Assembly (NCBI GenBank): GCA_044229975.1
Contig: JBGARZ010000001.1
Coordinates: forward strand, 224,001 to 288,000
Length of the DNA: 64,000 bases
Reading direction: 5' to 3'
Source: Polyangiales bacterium
GTDB lineage: Bacteria; Myxococcota_A; Polyangia; Polyangiales; Ga0077539
Below are positions 38,772 through 48,934 of the stretch, one piece after another. Every line of letters begins with the position of its first letter. Position 1 is the stretch's first letter. The position numbers were made by a program, and so were the translations under genes. The notes beneath the pieces were generated by a model. It was given only the letters and a program-made list of their open reading frames with translations, searched no databases and had not been told where the DNA came from.

Positions 38772-40543
38772 TCGTCGGCCGCCGCGGGCAGGTCGACCCA
38801 GAAGCGCGAACCCCGACCCAGCGTGCTCTCCACACCTGCGGCGCCGCCCATCGCTTCGGCCAGGTGCTTGACGATGGCGAGCCCGAGCCCCGTCCCGCCC
38901 ACCTGCCGCGAGCGCCCCGCGTCCACCCGGTAGAAGCGCTCGAACAACCGCGGCAGGTGCCGCGCCTCGATGCCCGCCCCGTTGTCCTCCACCACCATGC
39001 GAACCACCTCGCCGCGGCGCTCGGCGCGCACCTTCACCCGCGACCCCTCCGGCGAATACTTCACGGCGTTTTCGAGGAGGTTGGTGAGCACGTGTTCGAG
39101 CGCCGTCCGGTCGGCCATCACCGTCAGCGCGCCGTCGACCTCGACGACCACCGTGGCGCGGCGCGAGCGTGCGGCGATGGCGAGCAGGTCGCGCGCACGC
39201 TCGACCTCGGCGACGAGCGGAAGGGGCTTGAGGTCGATGCGCAGCTCGCGGGCCTCGATGCGCGACAGCTCCAACAGGTCTTCGACGAGGCGGTGCAGGC
39301 GCTCGGCGTGGCGGTCGATCATCGTGGCGAACTCCAGCGCCGTCTCCGCCTTCTGCGCGCCGCCCAGGATGAGCGTCTCGGCCGCACCACGGATGGCGGC
39401 GACGGGCGTTCGCAGCTCGTGCGAGACGTTGGCGACGAAGTCCCTTCTCACCGTCTCCAGTCGTCGCAGCTCGGTGATGTCCGAGAGCACCGCGACCGCT
39501 CCCGCACCGGCCTGCTCGACGGGCGCCACGCGGGCCATCACCCGCCGCGGCCGAACGCCCTCGATGGAGAGCTCCCGCGTGGTGGGCTCACCGGCCTTGC
39601 GCGCCGCCGCGAAGAGCTCGTGCAGCTCGGCGTTGCGCACCACCTCGATGGGCTCCCTGCCCTCCACCTCGCCGCCCAGCAGGAACATCTCCCGCAACGC
39701 CCGGTTGGCCAGCACGAGCTGACCGCGCGCGTCGGTGACGAGCACGCCCTCGGCCATCGATTCGAGGATGGCGCCGAGGCGGTCGCGCTCGCGTTCGAGC
39801 TTGGTGAGGGTGCTGGCGAGGTTGTCGGCGAGGTTGTCGAGCGCCCCGGCGAGCGCGCCCACGTCGTCGTCGTCGTCGATGCGGGTGCGCACCGAGAGGT
39901 CGAGGGTCATGGCGCGGGCCGTCTCGGTGAGGCGGCGCAGCGGGCGCGCGGCGAGGGCGACGGCGAGCCAGGACATGCCCGCGGCGACGAGCAGGCCGAG
40001 GCCACCACCGATGGCGAGAACACGCTGGGCGGCGGCGCGGGTGGTGCGTTCGAGGTCGGACGAGACGGCGACGCGGAGCACCCACGGACCACCGGGACCT
40101 TCGATGCGGGTGGCAGCGTAGGTGAGGTCGCGGTGGATGGTTCCGCTCTGGCGCTGGGCGACGCCGCGGCCGGTGCGGCGGGCGGCGACGACCTCGGGGC
40201 GGGCGCCGTGGTTCTCCAGGCGATCGAGGCGAAAGGGAGGGACGGCGGAGTCGGCGACGACGTGGCCGTCGGGCGCGATGAGGGTGACGCGGTCGTGGAC
40301 GCGCGCGGCGAGCTCGCGCACCAGCGGATCAGCCGTGGTGGTGTCCCAGGCGTGGACCGCGCTCACGGCCGCGGCGATGAGCGACGACTCGGTGAGGCGC
40401 TGGTCGCGGGCGCGGGCGCGGAGGTTCTGGTCGAGGGCGCTGGAGACGAACCACTGGGCGAGCAGGAGCCCCACCGCGACGAGTGCGATGGAGATGAACA
40501 GGAGCCGCGCGCGGAGGCCCAGGGTGGTGCTGCGCCGGGGCAT
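38756..40543 (-). CDS. phoR: Phosphate regulon sensor kinase PhoR
   Basis: LENH..RPEV periplasmic motif, [40 protein letters not shown]; downstream of phoB. Confidence 0.9.
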   Translation of the reverse strand: MPRRSTTLGLRARLLFISIALVAVGLLLAQWFVSSALDQNLRARARDQRLTESSLIAAAVSAVHAWDTTTADPLVRELAARVHDRVTLIAPDGHVVADSAVPPFRLDRLENHGARPEVVAARRTGRGVAQRQSGTIHRDLTYAATRIEGPGGPWVLRVAVSSDLERTTRAAAQRVLAIGGGLGLLVAAGMSWLAVALAARPLRRLTETARAMTLDLSVRTRIDDDDDVGALAGALDNLADNLASTLTKLERERDRLGAILESMAEGVLVTDARGQLVLANRALREMFLLGGEVEGREPIEVVRNAELHELFAAARKAGEPTTRELSIEGVRPRRVMARVAPVEQAGAGAVAVLSDITELRRLETVRRDFVANVSHELRTPVAAIRGAAETLILGGAQKAETALEFATMIDRHAERLHRLVEDLLELSRIEARELRIDLKPLPLVAEVERARDLLAIAARSRRATVVVEVDGALTVMADRTALEHVLTNLLENAVKYSPEGSRVKVRAERRGEVVRMVVEDNGAGIEARHLPRLFERFYRVDAGRSRQVGGTGLGLAIVKHLAEAMGGAAGVESTLGRGSRFWVDLPAAADDYANS

Positions 40544-40554
40544 CGGGCGGGCGA

Positions 40555-41262
<708 letters not shown>

Positions 41263-41286
41263 GGCGGCAACGACTATCCCACGACG

Positions 41287-41304
41287 GTTACAGTCTCGAA
41301 ACAG
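41287..41304 (-). promoter_or_regulatory. Pho-box-like site upstream of phoB
   Basis: Minus strand CTGTTTCGAGACTGTAAC: 11-bp-spaced direct repeat resembling CTGTCATA(A/T)A(T/A)CTGT(C/A)A(C/T). Confidence 0.55.
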
Positions 41305-41363
41305 GCCCGCGGAGGGAGAGGGGAGTTTCGACGCTCGCCCGACCAGGCGCGCCACCACCGACA

Positions 41364-41385
41364 GTTCACCAACCCGTCACCCGCC
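41364..41385 (+). promoter_or_regulatory. Pho-box-like site upstream of pstB
   Basis: GTTCACCAACC-CGTCACCCGCC: TCAC cores 11 bp apart; extra CTGTCAC at 41409-41415. Confidence 0.55.
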
Positions 41386-41427
41386 GCCCGTTGCGCGCGC
41401 CGCGCAAGCTGTCACCGTGCCCTCTCC

Positions 41428-42239
41428 GTGGCGGGCTCCCTCCCCGACTCCCGCGTCCTCCCCTTCCCCGCGCCCGACGCCGCGGTCGCGCCCAAGCTCG
41501 CCGTCCGCGGCCTGAGCTGCTTCTACGACGATCGCCAGGTGCTCTTCGACGTCGACCTCGACCTCGCACCCGCCCGCGTCACCGCCCTCATCGGCGCGTC
41601 GGGCTGCGGCAAGAGCACGCTGCTGCGCGCCCTCAACCGCCTTGACGAGATGCGCCCCGGCACCCGCACCACCGGCACCGTCACGCTCGACGGCGAGGAC
41701 ATCCACCGCCCCGACACCGACCTGCGCCGCCTGCGCCGCCGCGTCGGGATGGTCTTCTCGCAGCCGCGTGTCTTCCCGGGGTCCATCTTCGACAACGTCG
41801 CCTATGGTCTGCGCGCCGCCGGCCTCGACGAGCGCCGCGCCCTCGCTGATCGCGTCGAGACCGCCCTGCGCCGCGCCGCCCTCTGGGACGACCTCCGCGA
41901 CCGCCTTGCCGCCGACGCGCGCACCCTCGGACCCGGTGCCGCGCAGCAGCTCTGCATCGCCCGCGCGCTTGCCGTCGGCCCCGAGGCGCTGCTCCTCGAC
42001 GACCCCACCGGCGCCCTCGACCCCATCGCCACCGCCCGCATCGAAGAACTCCTCGCCGAGCTCCGCGAGGCCCTCACCCTCGTCGTCGTCACGCACGCCC
42101 CGCAGCAGGCCGCCCGCGTCTCGCAGCGCACCGCCCTCTTCCACGAGGGTCGCCTGGTTGAGGTCGGCGACACCCGCGTGATCTTCACCCGACCCCGCGA
42201 GCGGCTCACCCAGGACTACCTCACCGGGCGCTACGGCTG

Positions 42240-42240
<1 letters not shown>
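41428..42240 (+). CDS. pstB: Phosphate ABC transporter ATP-binding subunit PstB with degenerate catalytic motifs
   Basis: VTALIGASGCGKSTLLRALNR, RRRVGMVF, SIFDNVAYG, ALDPIATARIEEL, T.DY.TGRYG; signature LGPGA, Walker B LLLDD. Confidence 0.88.
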
Positions 42241-42931
<691 letters not shown>

Positions 42932-42935
<4 letters not shown>

Positions 42936-43582
42936 CCAGCCTCCTCCCCGCCATCCTCGCCACCCTCGCCTGCGCTGCCGTCGCCACCCTCCTCGGCGCG
43001 CTGCCCGGCCTCGCCGTCGCCGTCTACCTCTCCGAGCTCGCTCCGCCCGCGTGGCGCGCCCGCGTCACTCGCCTCCTCGAAGTCGCCGCCGCCCTGCCCG
43101 GTGTCGTGCTCGGCTTCGCCGCGGTGCGCCTGCTCCCCTCGCGCGGCAGCACCCTCGCGACCGGTGCCGTGCTCGCGGTGATGATCCTGCCGACCGTCGC
43201 GCTGCTCTCCCTCGCCGCGCTTCGTGGTGCGCCCGAGTCGTTGCGCGAAGCCAGCGAAGCCCTCGGCGCGTCGTCGTGGCAGACCGCCTGGCGCATCGTC
43301 GTCCCCTCGCGCTGGCGCAACCTCGCCGCCGCTGCGTGCACCGGGTTCGCCCGCGCCGCGGGGGAGACCGTCGCCGTCCTCCTGCTCGCCGATCGCGCCG
43401 GCGGTCCGCGCACCCTCACCGCCCGCCTCATCGAGGCCCTCCCCCGCACGCCCACCCCATGGAACCACCCCTCCCTCCTCGCGATGTCCCTGGTGCTGCT
43501 CGTCCTCTCGACGGGGGTGGTGCTGCTCTCTCGTCCACCCGATCGGGGGAACGCCTCGGCCACGCCCTCCTCGCTGCACTGA
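42932..43582 (+). CDS. pstC: Short PstC-like permease
   Basis: AVYLSE.AP, AALPGVV.G, LAVMILPT, LREASEALGAS.W.T (EAA loop), RA.GET.AV; about 216 aa. Confidence 0.75.
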
Positions 43583-44283
43583 CCGCCGCCGTCGTCGTGG
43601 CCCTCTTCTCGCTCCTCGGCTGGCTCGCCGTGCGCGCCGCCGTCGAGCTCACCGCTCACCCCGCCGCCCTCGCTCCGTCTCTGCGCGCGCTCGCCCGCTC
43701 GCTGCGCCTCGGCTCTCTCGCCACCGCCCTCGCGCTCCCGCCCGGTCTCGCGCTCGGCCTCTGGCTCGCCCGCTCCACCGACGACTCCCGCGTCTCGCGC
43801 GCCGTCCGCAGCACCATCGACGCCGCTGCCGCGCTGCCCGCGGTGCTCTTCGGCGTCGTCGCGTGGGCGCTCCTCGTCGCCGCGCTGGGCCTGCGCGGAA
43901 CCACCCTCCCGCTCGCCCTCGTCCTCGCCGCGCTCAACCTCCCCGCCCTCTCCGCGCTCTGCGAGCGCTCGCTGCGCGCCGTCCCCCACGAGCTTGAAGA
44001 AGCCTCCCTCGCCCTCGGCGCATCACGCTCGCAAACCACTCTTCGGGTGAGCCTGCCGCTCGCCTCGCGCGGCATCATCGCCGCCGCGGTGCTCTGCCTC
44101 GGCCGCTGCTTCGCCGAGTGCGCGCCGTTGCTGTGCCTCGCTCCCGACGACGCCCACGCGCCGCTCACGGTCACGCTCTGGCGCTCTGCCACCAGCTCAC
44201 CCGAGGCAGCCGTTGGTGCCGCGCTGCTCGCCGCGCTCGCCCTCGCGACGAGCTCCCTCGGTCGTCGATTGCGAACGCATTGA
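43459..44283 (+). CDS. pstA: PstA-like permease (start uncertain, overlaps pstC)
   Basis: AALPAVLFG, LRAVP.ELEEASLALGAS (EAA loop), GRCFAECAPL; the in-frame ATG at 43459 lies inside pstC. Confidence 0.7.
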   Translation: MEPPLPPRDVPGAARPLDGGGAALSSTRSGERLGHALLAALTAAVVVALFSLLGWLAVRAAVELTAHPAALAPSLRALARSLRLGSLATALALPPGLALGLWLARSTDDSRVSRAVRSTIDAAAALPAVLFGVVAWALLVAALGLRGTTLPLALVLAALNLPALSALCERSLRAVPHELEEASLALGASRSQTTLRVSLPLASRGIIAAAVLCLGRCFAECAPLLCLAPDDAHAPLTVTLWRSATSSPEAAVGAALLAALALATSSLGRRLRTH

Positions 44284-44359
44284 ATGGCGTCGCGGACCGT
44301 TGCGTCCGCGGCCGAACGCGTAGAGCCTGCACCGGGTCTTCGCGCCGGAGCTCTGAGCC

Positions 44360-45175
44360 ATGGATCTCGATTTTCTCCTCCCCTGGTCGGCTCCTCTCGA
44401 AGCGGGTCGGCTGCTACGCCGCTACCACCGCTTCCTCGCCGACGTCGCGCTCGACGACGGCCGCAACGTCACCGCCCACTGCGTCAACAGCGGAACCATG
44501 GAGGGCCTCGTCCGCCCCGGCGCCCGCGTCTGGGTCTGCCCCGCCGCCGACCCCAACCGCAAGCTCCCGTACACGTGGTGCGCGATGGAGCTCGATGGCG
44601 TTCGGGTCGGCGTCGACACGGTGCTCCCCAACCGGCTCGTGAAGGCGATGCTCGAAGCGCACGCCATCCCGCGCATGGGCCCCTACGACAACGTGCGACC
44701 CGAGTACCCCCACGTCGCCAACAGCCGCGTGGACTTCCGTCTCACCGCGCCCGGCGTCGTCCACGACGTCGAGGTGAAGAACTGCCACCTCGTCTACCCC
44801 GATCGCCGCGGGTACTTCCCCGACTCGGTCAGCGTGCGCGCCACCAAGCACCTCCAGGCTCTCGTGAAGGAGAAGCGACGCGGCATCGAGGCGACGGTGA
44901 TCTTCGTGGTGCAGCGCGAGGACGCGAAGTGTGTGCGACCGAGCGACGCGCACGACCCGGCGTTTGGTGTCGCGGCGCGCAAGGCCGCCGCGGCGGGAGT
45001 GAACTTCCGTGCGCTGCGCGCGACGCCCACCGACGAGGGCGTGCGGGTGCTCGGAACCATCCCCGTCGACCTCGGCGAGTACAACGCCGACCGGCACATC
45101 AAGTGGCGCGCCGAGCTGCGACCCCACTCCGGGTGGGAGCGACCGAAGCGCTCTGATCCGCCACCCCCGGCCTGA
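44360..45175 (+). CDS. sfsA: DNA/RNA nuclease SfsA (sugar fermentation stimulation protein)
   Basis: RRY.RFLADV, AHC.NSG.M, RKL.YTW, SRVDF, EVKNC, FPD.VS.R..KHL, F.VQR.D. Confidence 0.93.
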   Translation: MDLDFLLPWSAPLEAGRLLRRYHRFLADVALDDGRNVTAHCVNSGTMEGLVRPGARVWVCPAADPNRKLPYTWCAMELDGVRVGVDTVLPNRLVKAMLEAHAIPRMGPYDNVRPEYPHVANSRVDFRLTAPGVVHDVEVKNCHLVYPDRRGYFPDSVSVRATKHLQALVKEKRRGIEATVIFVVQREDAKCVRPSDAHDPAFGVAARKAAAAGVNFRALRATPTDEGVRVLGTIPVDLGEYNADRHIKWRAELRPHSGWERPKRSDPPPPA

Positions 45176-45178
45176 GGC

Positions 45179-45925
45179 TCAACGCCAGGCGCGCACCTGC
45201 TCCGCGAGCCACGGACCGTCGTCGACGGCGAGGTCGTGACCCGCGGCCGGGTGCATCGCCAACGGGACGTCGAGGTGCTTCGCGAGGCGCTCACCGCACA
45301 CCGGATGGGCGAGCACGTCGCGCGCGGCGGCCACCACCAGGGTCTTCGGCGCGAGCCTCTTCGGTGAGCGGAAGCGCGTGCCCGCCACGAGCTGTCGCAC
45401 CAGCGTCGAGATCGGGGTCGGGCGGTCTTGGCGGAAACGGGACCAGTCGCGCGCGATGAGGTCGAGGTCGGGCGCGAGGCGCGTGGTGAAACCCAGCACG
45501 ATGCGCTCGCGGAGCACGTCGTCGTCGGTGCGCGCGGCGGCGACGATCTGCGGGACGATGGCGAGGTCCATGCGTTCCCAGGGCTTCGCGAGGTCACCGG
45601 CGGAGGTGTTGACCAGCACCACGCGGTTGAAGTCGTCGGGGTGGTCGGAGGCCCACTGCATCGAGATCATGCCGCCGAGGGAGATGCCGAGGAGGTTCCA
45701 GTCGCCGGGGTGCTCGTCGCGGAGGCGCAGCCAGCGCTCGCGGGTGTCCTCCATGATGGCCCGGATGGTGGCGGGCGACCTGCGCGCATACTCGGTGCCG
45801 ACGCCGGGGTAGTCGATGCCATGCGTGGTGACGTCGCCGAGGGTCTCGGCGAAGACGGCGGGGAAGCGATGCCAGTGACGTTGCTCGCGGGCGAGGCCGC
45901 GGAGGAGGAGCCAGCGTTGTTGCAT
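45179..45925 (-). CDS. Alpha/beta hydrolase
   Basis: LLRGLARE.RHW, D.PG.G, GISLGG, AGHDL. Confidence 0.88.
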   Translation of the reverse strand: MQQRWLLLRGLAREQRHWHRFPAVFAETLGDVTTHGIDYPGVGTEYARRSPATIRAIMEDTRERWLRLRDEHPGDWNLLGISLGGMISMQWASDHPDDFNRVVLVNTSAGDLAKPWERMDLAIVPQIVAAARTDDDVLRERIVLGFTTRLAPDLDLIARDWSRFRQDRPTPISTLVRQLVAGTRFRSPKRLAPKTLVVAAARDVLAHPVCGERLAKHLDVPLAMHPAAGHDLAVDDGPWLAEQVRAWR

Positions 45926-45934
45926 CGGCGGGTC

Positions 45935-46465
45935 TTAGCGACGGGGGGAGGCGGTCGGCCCGGTGGGGGGAGTGGGCGGAACGGCGCGGACGGCACCGCC
46001 GACCTCCATGCGCGGGTCATTGTGACCGAGCGGTGCGGGAGGTGGCGGTGGTGGCGCTGGGGTCGGGTCGACGTTCATGGGACCGCCCGCGGTGTGCGGC
46101 GGTTGCGCGGGTGGCGGCTGCGGGAGCACCGGCGCGACGCCACCGCTGGGCGCGATGGGCTGCTCTGGTGGCGGCGGCGGCACCTGCGGATTGACCACCG
46201 GCATGGCGCCCGCGGGAACGAGGTCGACAGGAGCGGGCGCGTCGATGAGCCCGAGGCCGATGCCGACTTCCCGCAGCGCATCACCGAAGCGGCCGTTGCC
46301 CACGGCGCGGGCGGCGTTGTGGCCGTGCGACGAGAGGCGATCACCGCGGGCGACGCTGCCGTCCTGTGGGCCGCATCCCTCGACGGCGACGCCGCTTGCG
46401 AGGAGGGCCGCGAGGCTGGGGAGCGCGGAGCTGCGGAGGGCGGTGCGGGGTCGGCGTTGGTTCAT
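45935..46465 (-). CDS. Pro-rich lipoprotein-like protein with G[GA]xxxVxP repeats (paralog A)
   Basis: RRPRT..LPSLAALLASGVA.EGC N-terminus shared with 46980-47528. Confidence 0.7.
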   Translation of the reverse strand: MNQRRPRTALRSSALPSLAALLASGVAVEGCGPQDGSVARGDRLSSHGHNAARAVGNGRFGDALREVGIGLGLIDAPAPVDLVPAGAMPVVNPQVPPPPPEQPIAPSGGVAPVLPQPPPAQPPHTAGGPMNVDPTPAPPPPPPAPLGHNDPRMEVGGAVRAVPPTPPTGPTASPRR

Positions 46466-46549
46466 GGCGGTGTCACCCTTCGACGCAGGACGGAGGCGTC
46501 GATCTTGGCGCCACTCGGGGGCCGGTGGCAATCGCGGCCGGGGTCGAAC

Positions 46550-46951
46550 TCACCCGAAGCGGGCGCCCATGGACTCGGCGCGGCTGAGGATGCCGGCCTC
46601 GTCGGACGGTTCCCACCCGAGGCCGATGACCCTTCGCTCGGCCCACGCGTCCCACACCTCCGCGGGGACCTCCACGCTGCCGCGGTTGCCTCCGACCTCG
46701 ATGGCCCGCGGGCCCGCGAAGGAGATGACGTCACCGAGCAGGTCGGCGTCTTCGTCGAGGGCCGAGCGGGGGATGGAGACGTAGTCGGCGATGGCGTTGG
46801 TGGTCGGGTCGATGGAGCGCACACGCGGCAGCTCGAAGGCTTCGGCCGCGGTGAGGTCGCGCACGCGCGGTTCGAGCGAGCCGTCGCTCCAACGCCAGCC
46901 GTCGGGGTGGCGAACGAGCAGGCCGCCCATCGCGCTCAGGGGAGGTGCCAT
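46550..46951 (-). CDS. Hypothetical protein
   Basis: 133-aa ORF with normal composition (WRWSDG, WDAW) between the two paralogs. Confidence 0.6.
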   Translation of the reverse strand: MAPPLSAMGGLLVRHPDGWRWSDGSLEPRVRDLTAAEAFELPRVRSIDPTTNAIADYVSIPRSALDEDADLLGDVISFAGPRAIEVGGNRGSVEVPAEVWDAWAERRVIGLGWEPSDEAGILSRAESMGARFG

Positions 46952-46979
46952 GTGAAGTCTCGGTGGGTCGGTTGGGGGT

Positions 46980-47528
46980 TCAGAGCGGGTCGTCGTGGTC
47001 GGGGCGTACGGCGGTCATGCCACCGCGCGGGTTGATGCGCGGAGGGGGCTGATGCGGCGTGCGCGGAGGCGGAGGCGGTGTGACCTGAGTGGGCATCGGC
47101 GCACCCGCGGGAGCAATCGGCGGAGGGGGTGGCGTCGGAGGCGTCGGGTCGACGTGGCGGATGCCGCCATCGACCTCCTGCGAGCGCGGGTCAGGGGGCT
47201 CCGGGGTCACCGGCGCGGGGGCGCCACCCATGGGCATCGCCACGGGCTCGGTGCGCACGACGGGCGCCTCACCCGGCGCCTGGATGCGCGTCTCCGTGGG
47301 CTCGCGCACAAGGCCCAGCCCGATGCCGATGTGCGTCGCGGCCTCGCCCGGTCGCCGACCGTCGAACTCCCGCGCGGCCCGCTGCCCCTCGTCGGTGAGC
47401 CGTCGTTGGCGCTGGGCGCTCTTCGCGGCGTCGTCGCAGCCGTCGAGGGCCACGCCGCTCGCGAGGAGCGCCGCGAGGCTGGGGAGTGCGGTGCTCTGGG
47501 CGGCGGTGCGAGGACGACGGGGTGTCAT
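46980..47528 (-). CDS. Pro-rich lipoprotein-like protein with G[GAE]xxxVxP repeats (paralog B)
   Basis: RRPRT..LPSLAALLASGVALDGC, GIGLGL shared with paralog A. Confidence 0.7.
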   Translation of the reverse strand: MTPRRPRTAAQSTALPSLAALLASGVALDGCDDAAKSAQRQRRLTDEGQRAAREFDGRRPGEAATHIGIGLGLVREPTETRIQAPGEAPVVRTEPVAMPMGGAPAPVTPEPPDPRSQEVDGGIRHVDPTPPTPPPPPIAPAGAPMPTQVTPPPPPRTPHQPPPRINPRGGMTAVRPDHDDPL

Positions 47529-47595
47529 GGGGAGTGCCTTTCGACCGGCGGGCCGAGGGCGATCCTGGCCCGGTCTGCGGGCCTTGGCAATCGGG

Positions 47596-48879
47596 TCAGC
47601 GCGGTCGGTACATGCGCCCGATGCGCCGCTCGGGGTCGTCGCGGTCGAGCAGCACCAGCGTCGCGTAGAACGCCCACTCCAGCGGCTTCATCGCGAGGTA
47701 CACGGCGTCGGCCATCCACACGCGGGTGATGTACCGGCTCACGGGCAAACCGAGGCGGTCGTAGACCCGGCGCGCGAGGCGACCGAAGCGCGGCCAGCGC
47801 GTGTGCAGCAGGTCTTCGAAGGCGTTGGCGACGGCGAGCTGGCGGTTGACCACGATGGGGTGACCGTTGCGTTCGCCGAGGCGCTCGGGGCGGACGAGGC
47901 CGGGCGTTCCGCGGGCGGCGACGGTGCAGAGGTAGTGGCAATCGTTGACGACGATGTGCTCGACGGGGAGGCGCGAGAGCGCGTGGCCGCAGGTCTCGGT
48001 GAACACGTCGAGGGCGGCCGCGGGACGACGATGCACGACGGCCATCACGACGGCATAGGCGCCCGCGACCACGGGCGCGGTGAACAGCCCCGCGAGAAAG
48101 GTCGGCACGTGCACCGGGGCGTCGGCGGTGGCCGGGACGTCGAGGTCGGGCGCGGTGCGATAGACGGCCTCCGGCGCGACGGCGGCCTTGGTGAGCGCGT
48201 CGGCGCCACGGCGACGCAGGCGATCGATGAGCTCGCGGAGGTAGAGGGCGACGGTGACGAAGGGCGCGACGAGCGGCAGCGTGACGGGGAAGACCAGGAG
48301 CCCCCAGAGCAGGTCGGCGGTCTGCACCACGATGACGCCCTGAAGCGCGATGCCGACGAAGAGCAACCCATGAACGAGCGCCTCGGCCGGCGCAGGGAGC
48401 TTCTCGGGTCGGTTGCGCGACGCCGCGAAGGCGAGGGCCGTGAGCGCGTGCAGCGCCACGAAGGCGACGATGCCGCGCGCCCCGAACACCCTGAACAACT
48501 CGGGACTCGGGTCGCAGCTCGTGGTGCGGCACTCCGCGCCGAGCGTCTGGTTGAGCCCGAGGCCCCACACCGGAAGCACCGCGAGCGCGAGCACCTGGAG
48601 CGCGACGAGAAACTTCCGCCGACCGTGGTCGCGGACATGCTGATAGCCGCGCAGGGTGAGCACGACCCACGTCACGAAGACCGCGATCGCGGTCAGCAGG
48701 CCAATGAGGCCCGTGACATCGCGCATGACGGGCCGGCCCATGCCCGCGGCGGTGCCCAGCATCGTGACACCGGCGACCAGGGCGATGCCGATGGGCGCGC
48801 CGTAGCCGGTCGTGACCAGTGCCGCGATGCCGAGGTCGACGGCGCTCGCCCATGCCCCGCGCGATGATCGCTCGCTCAT
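47596..48879 (-). CDS. Membrane protein, DUF6688-like
   Basis: Multi-TM N-terminus; HYLCTVAARG, G.R.GH.I.VNRQL..ANAFE, R.YD..G.P, MKPLEW. Confidence 0.75.
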   Translation of the reverse strand: MSERSSRGAWASAVDLGIAALVTTGYGAPIGIALVAGVTMLGTAAGMGRPVMRDVTGLIGLLTAIAVFVTWVVLTLRGYQHVRDHGRRKFLVALQVLALAVLPVWGLGLNQTLGAECRTTSCDPSPELFRVFGARGIVAFVALHALTALAFAASRNRPEKLPAPAEALVHGLLFVGIALQGVIVVQTADLLWGLLVFPVTLPLVAPFVTVALYLRELIDRLRRRGADALTKAAVAPEAVYRTAPDLDVPATADAPVHVPTFLAGLFTAPVVAGAYAVVMAVVHRRPAAALDVFTETCGHALSRLPVEHIVVNDCHYLCTVAARGTPGLVRPERLGERNGHPIVVNRQLAVANAFEDLLHTRWPRFGRLARRVYDRLGLPVSRYITRVWMADAVYLAMKPLEWAFYATLVLLDRDDPERRIGRMYRPR

Positions 48880-48934
48880 GGGGACACGGTACGCCGAGAA
48901 GGGCACTGAGTTCATCTCCGAGGACGGTCGATGG

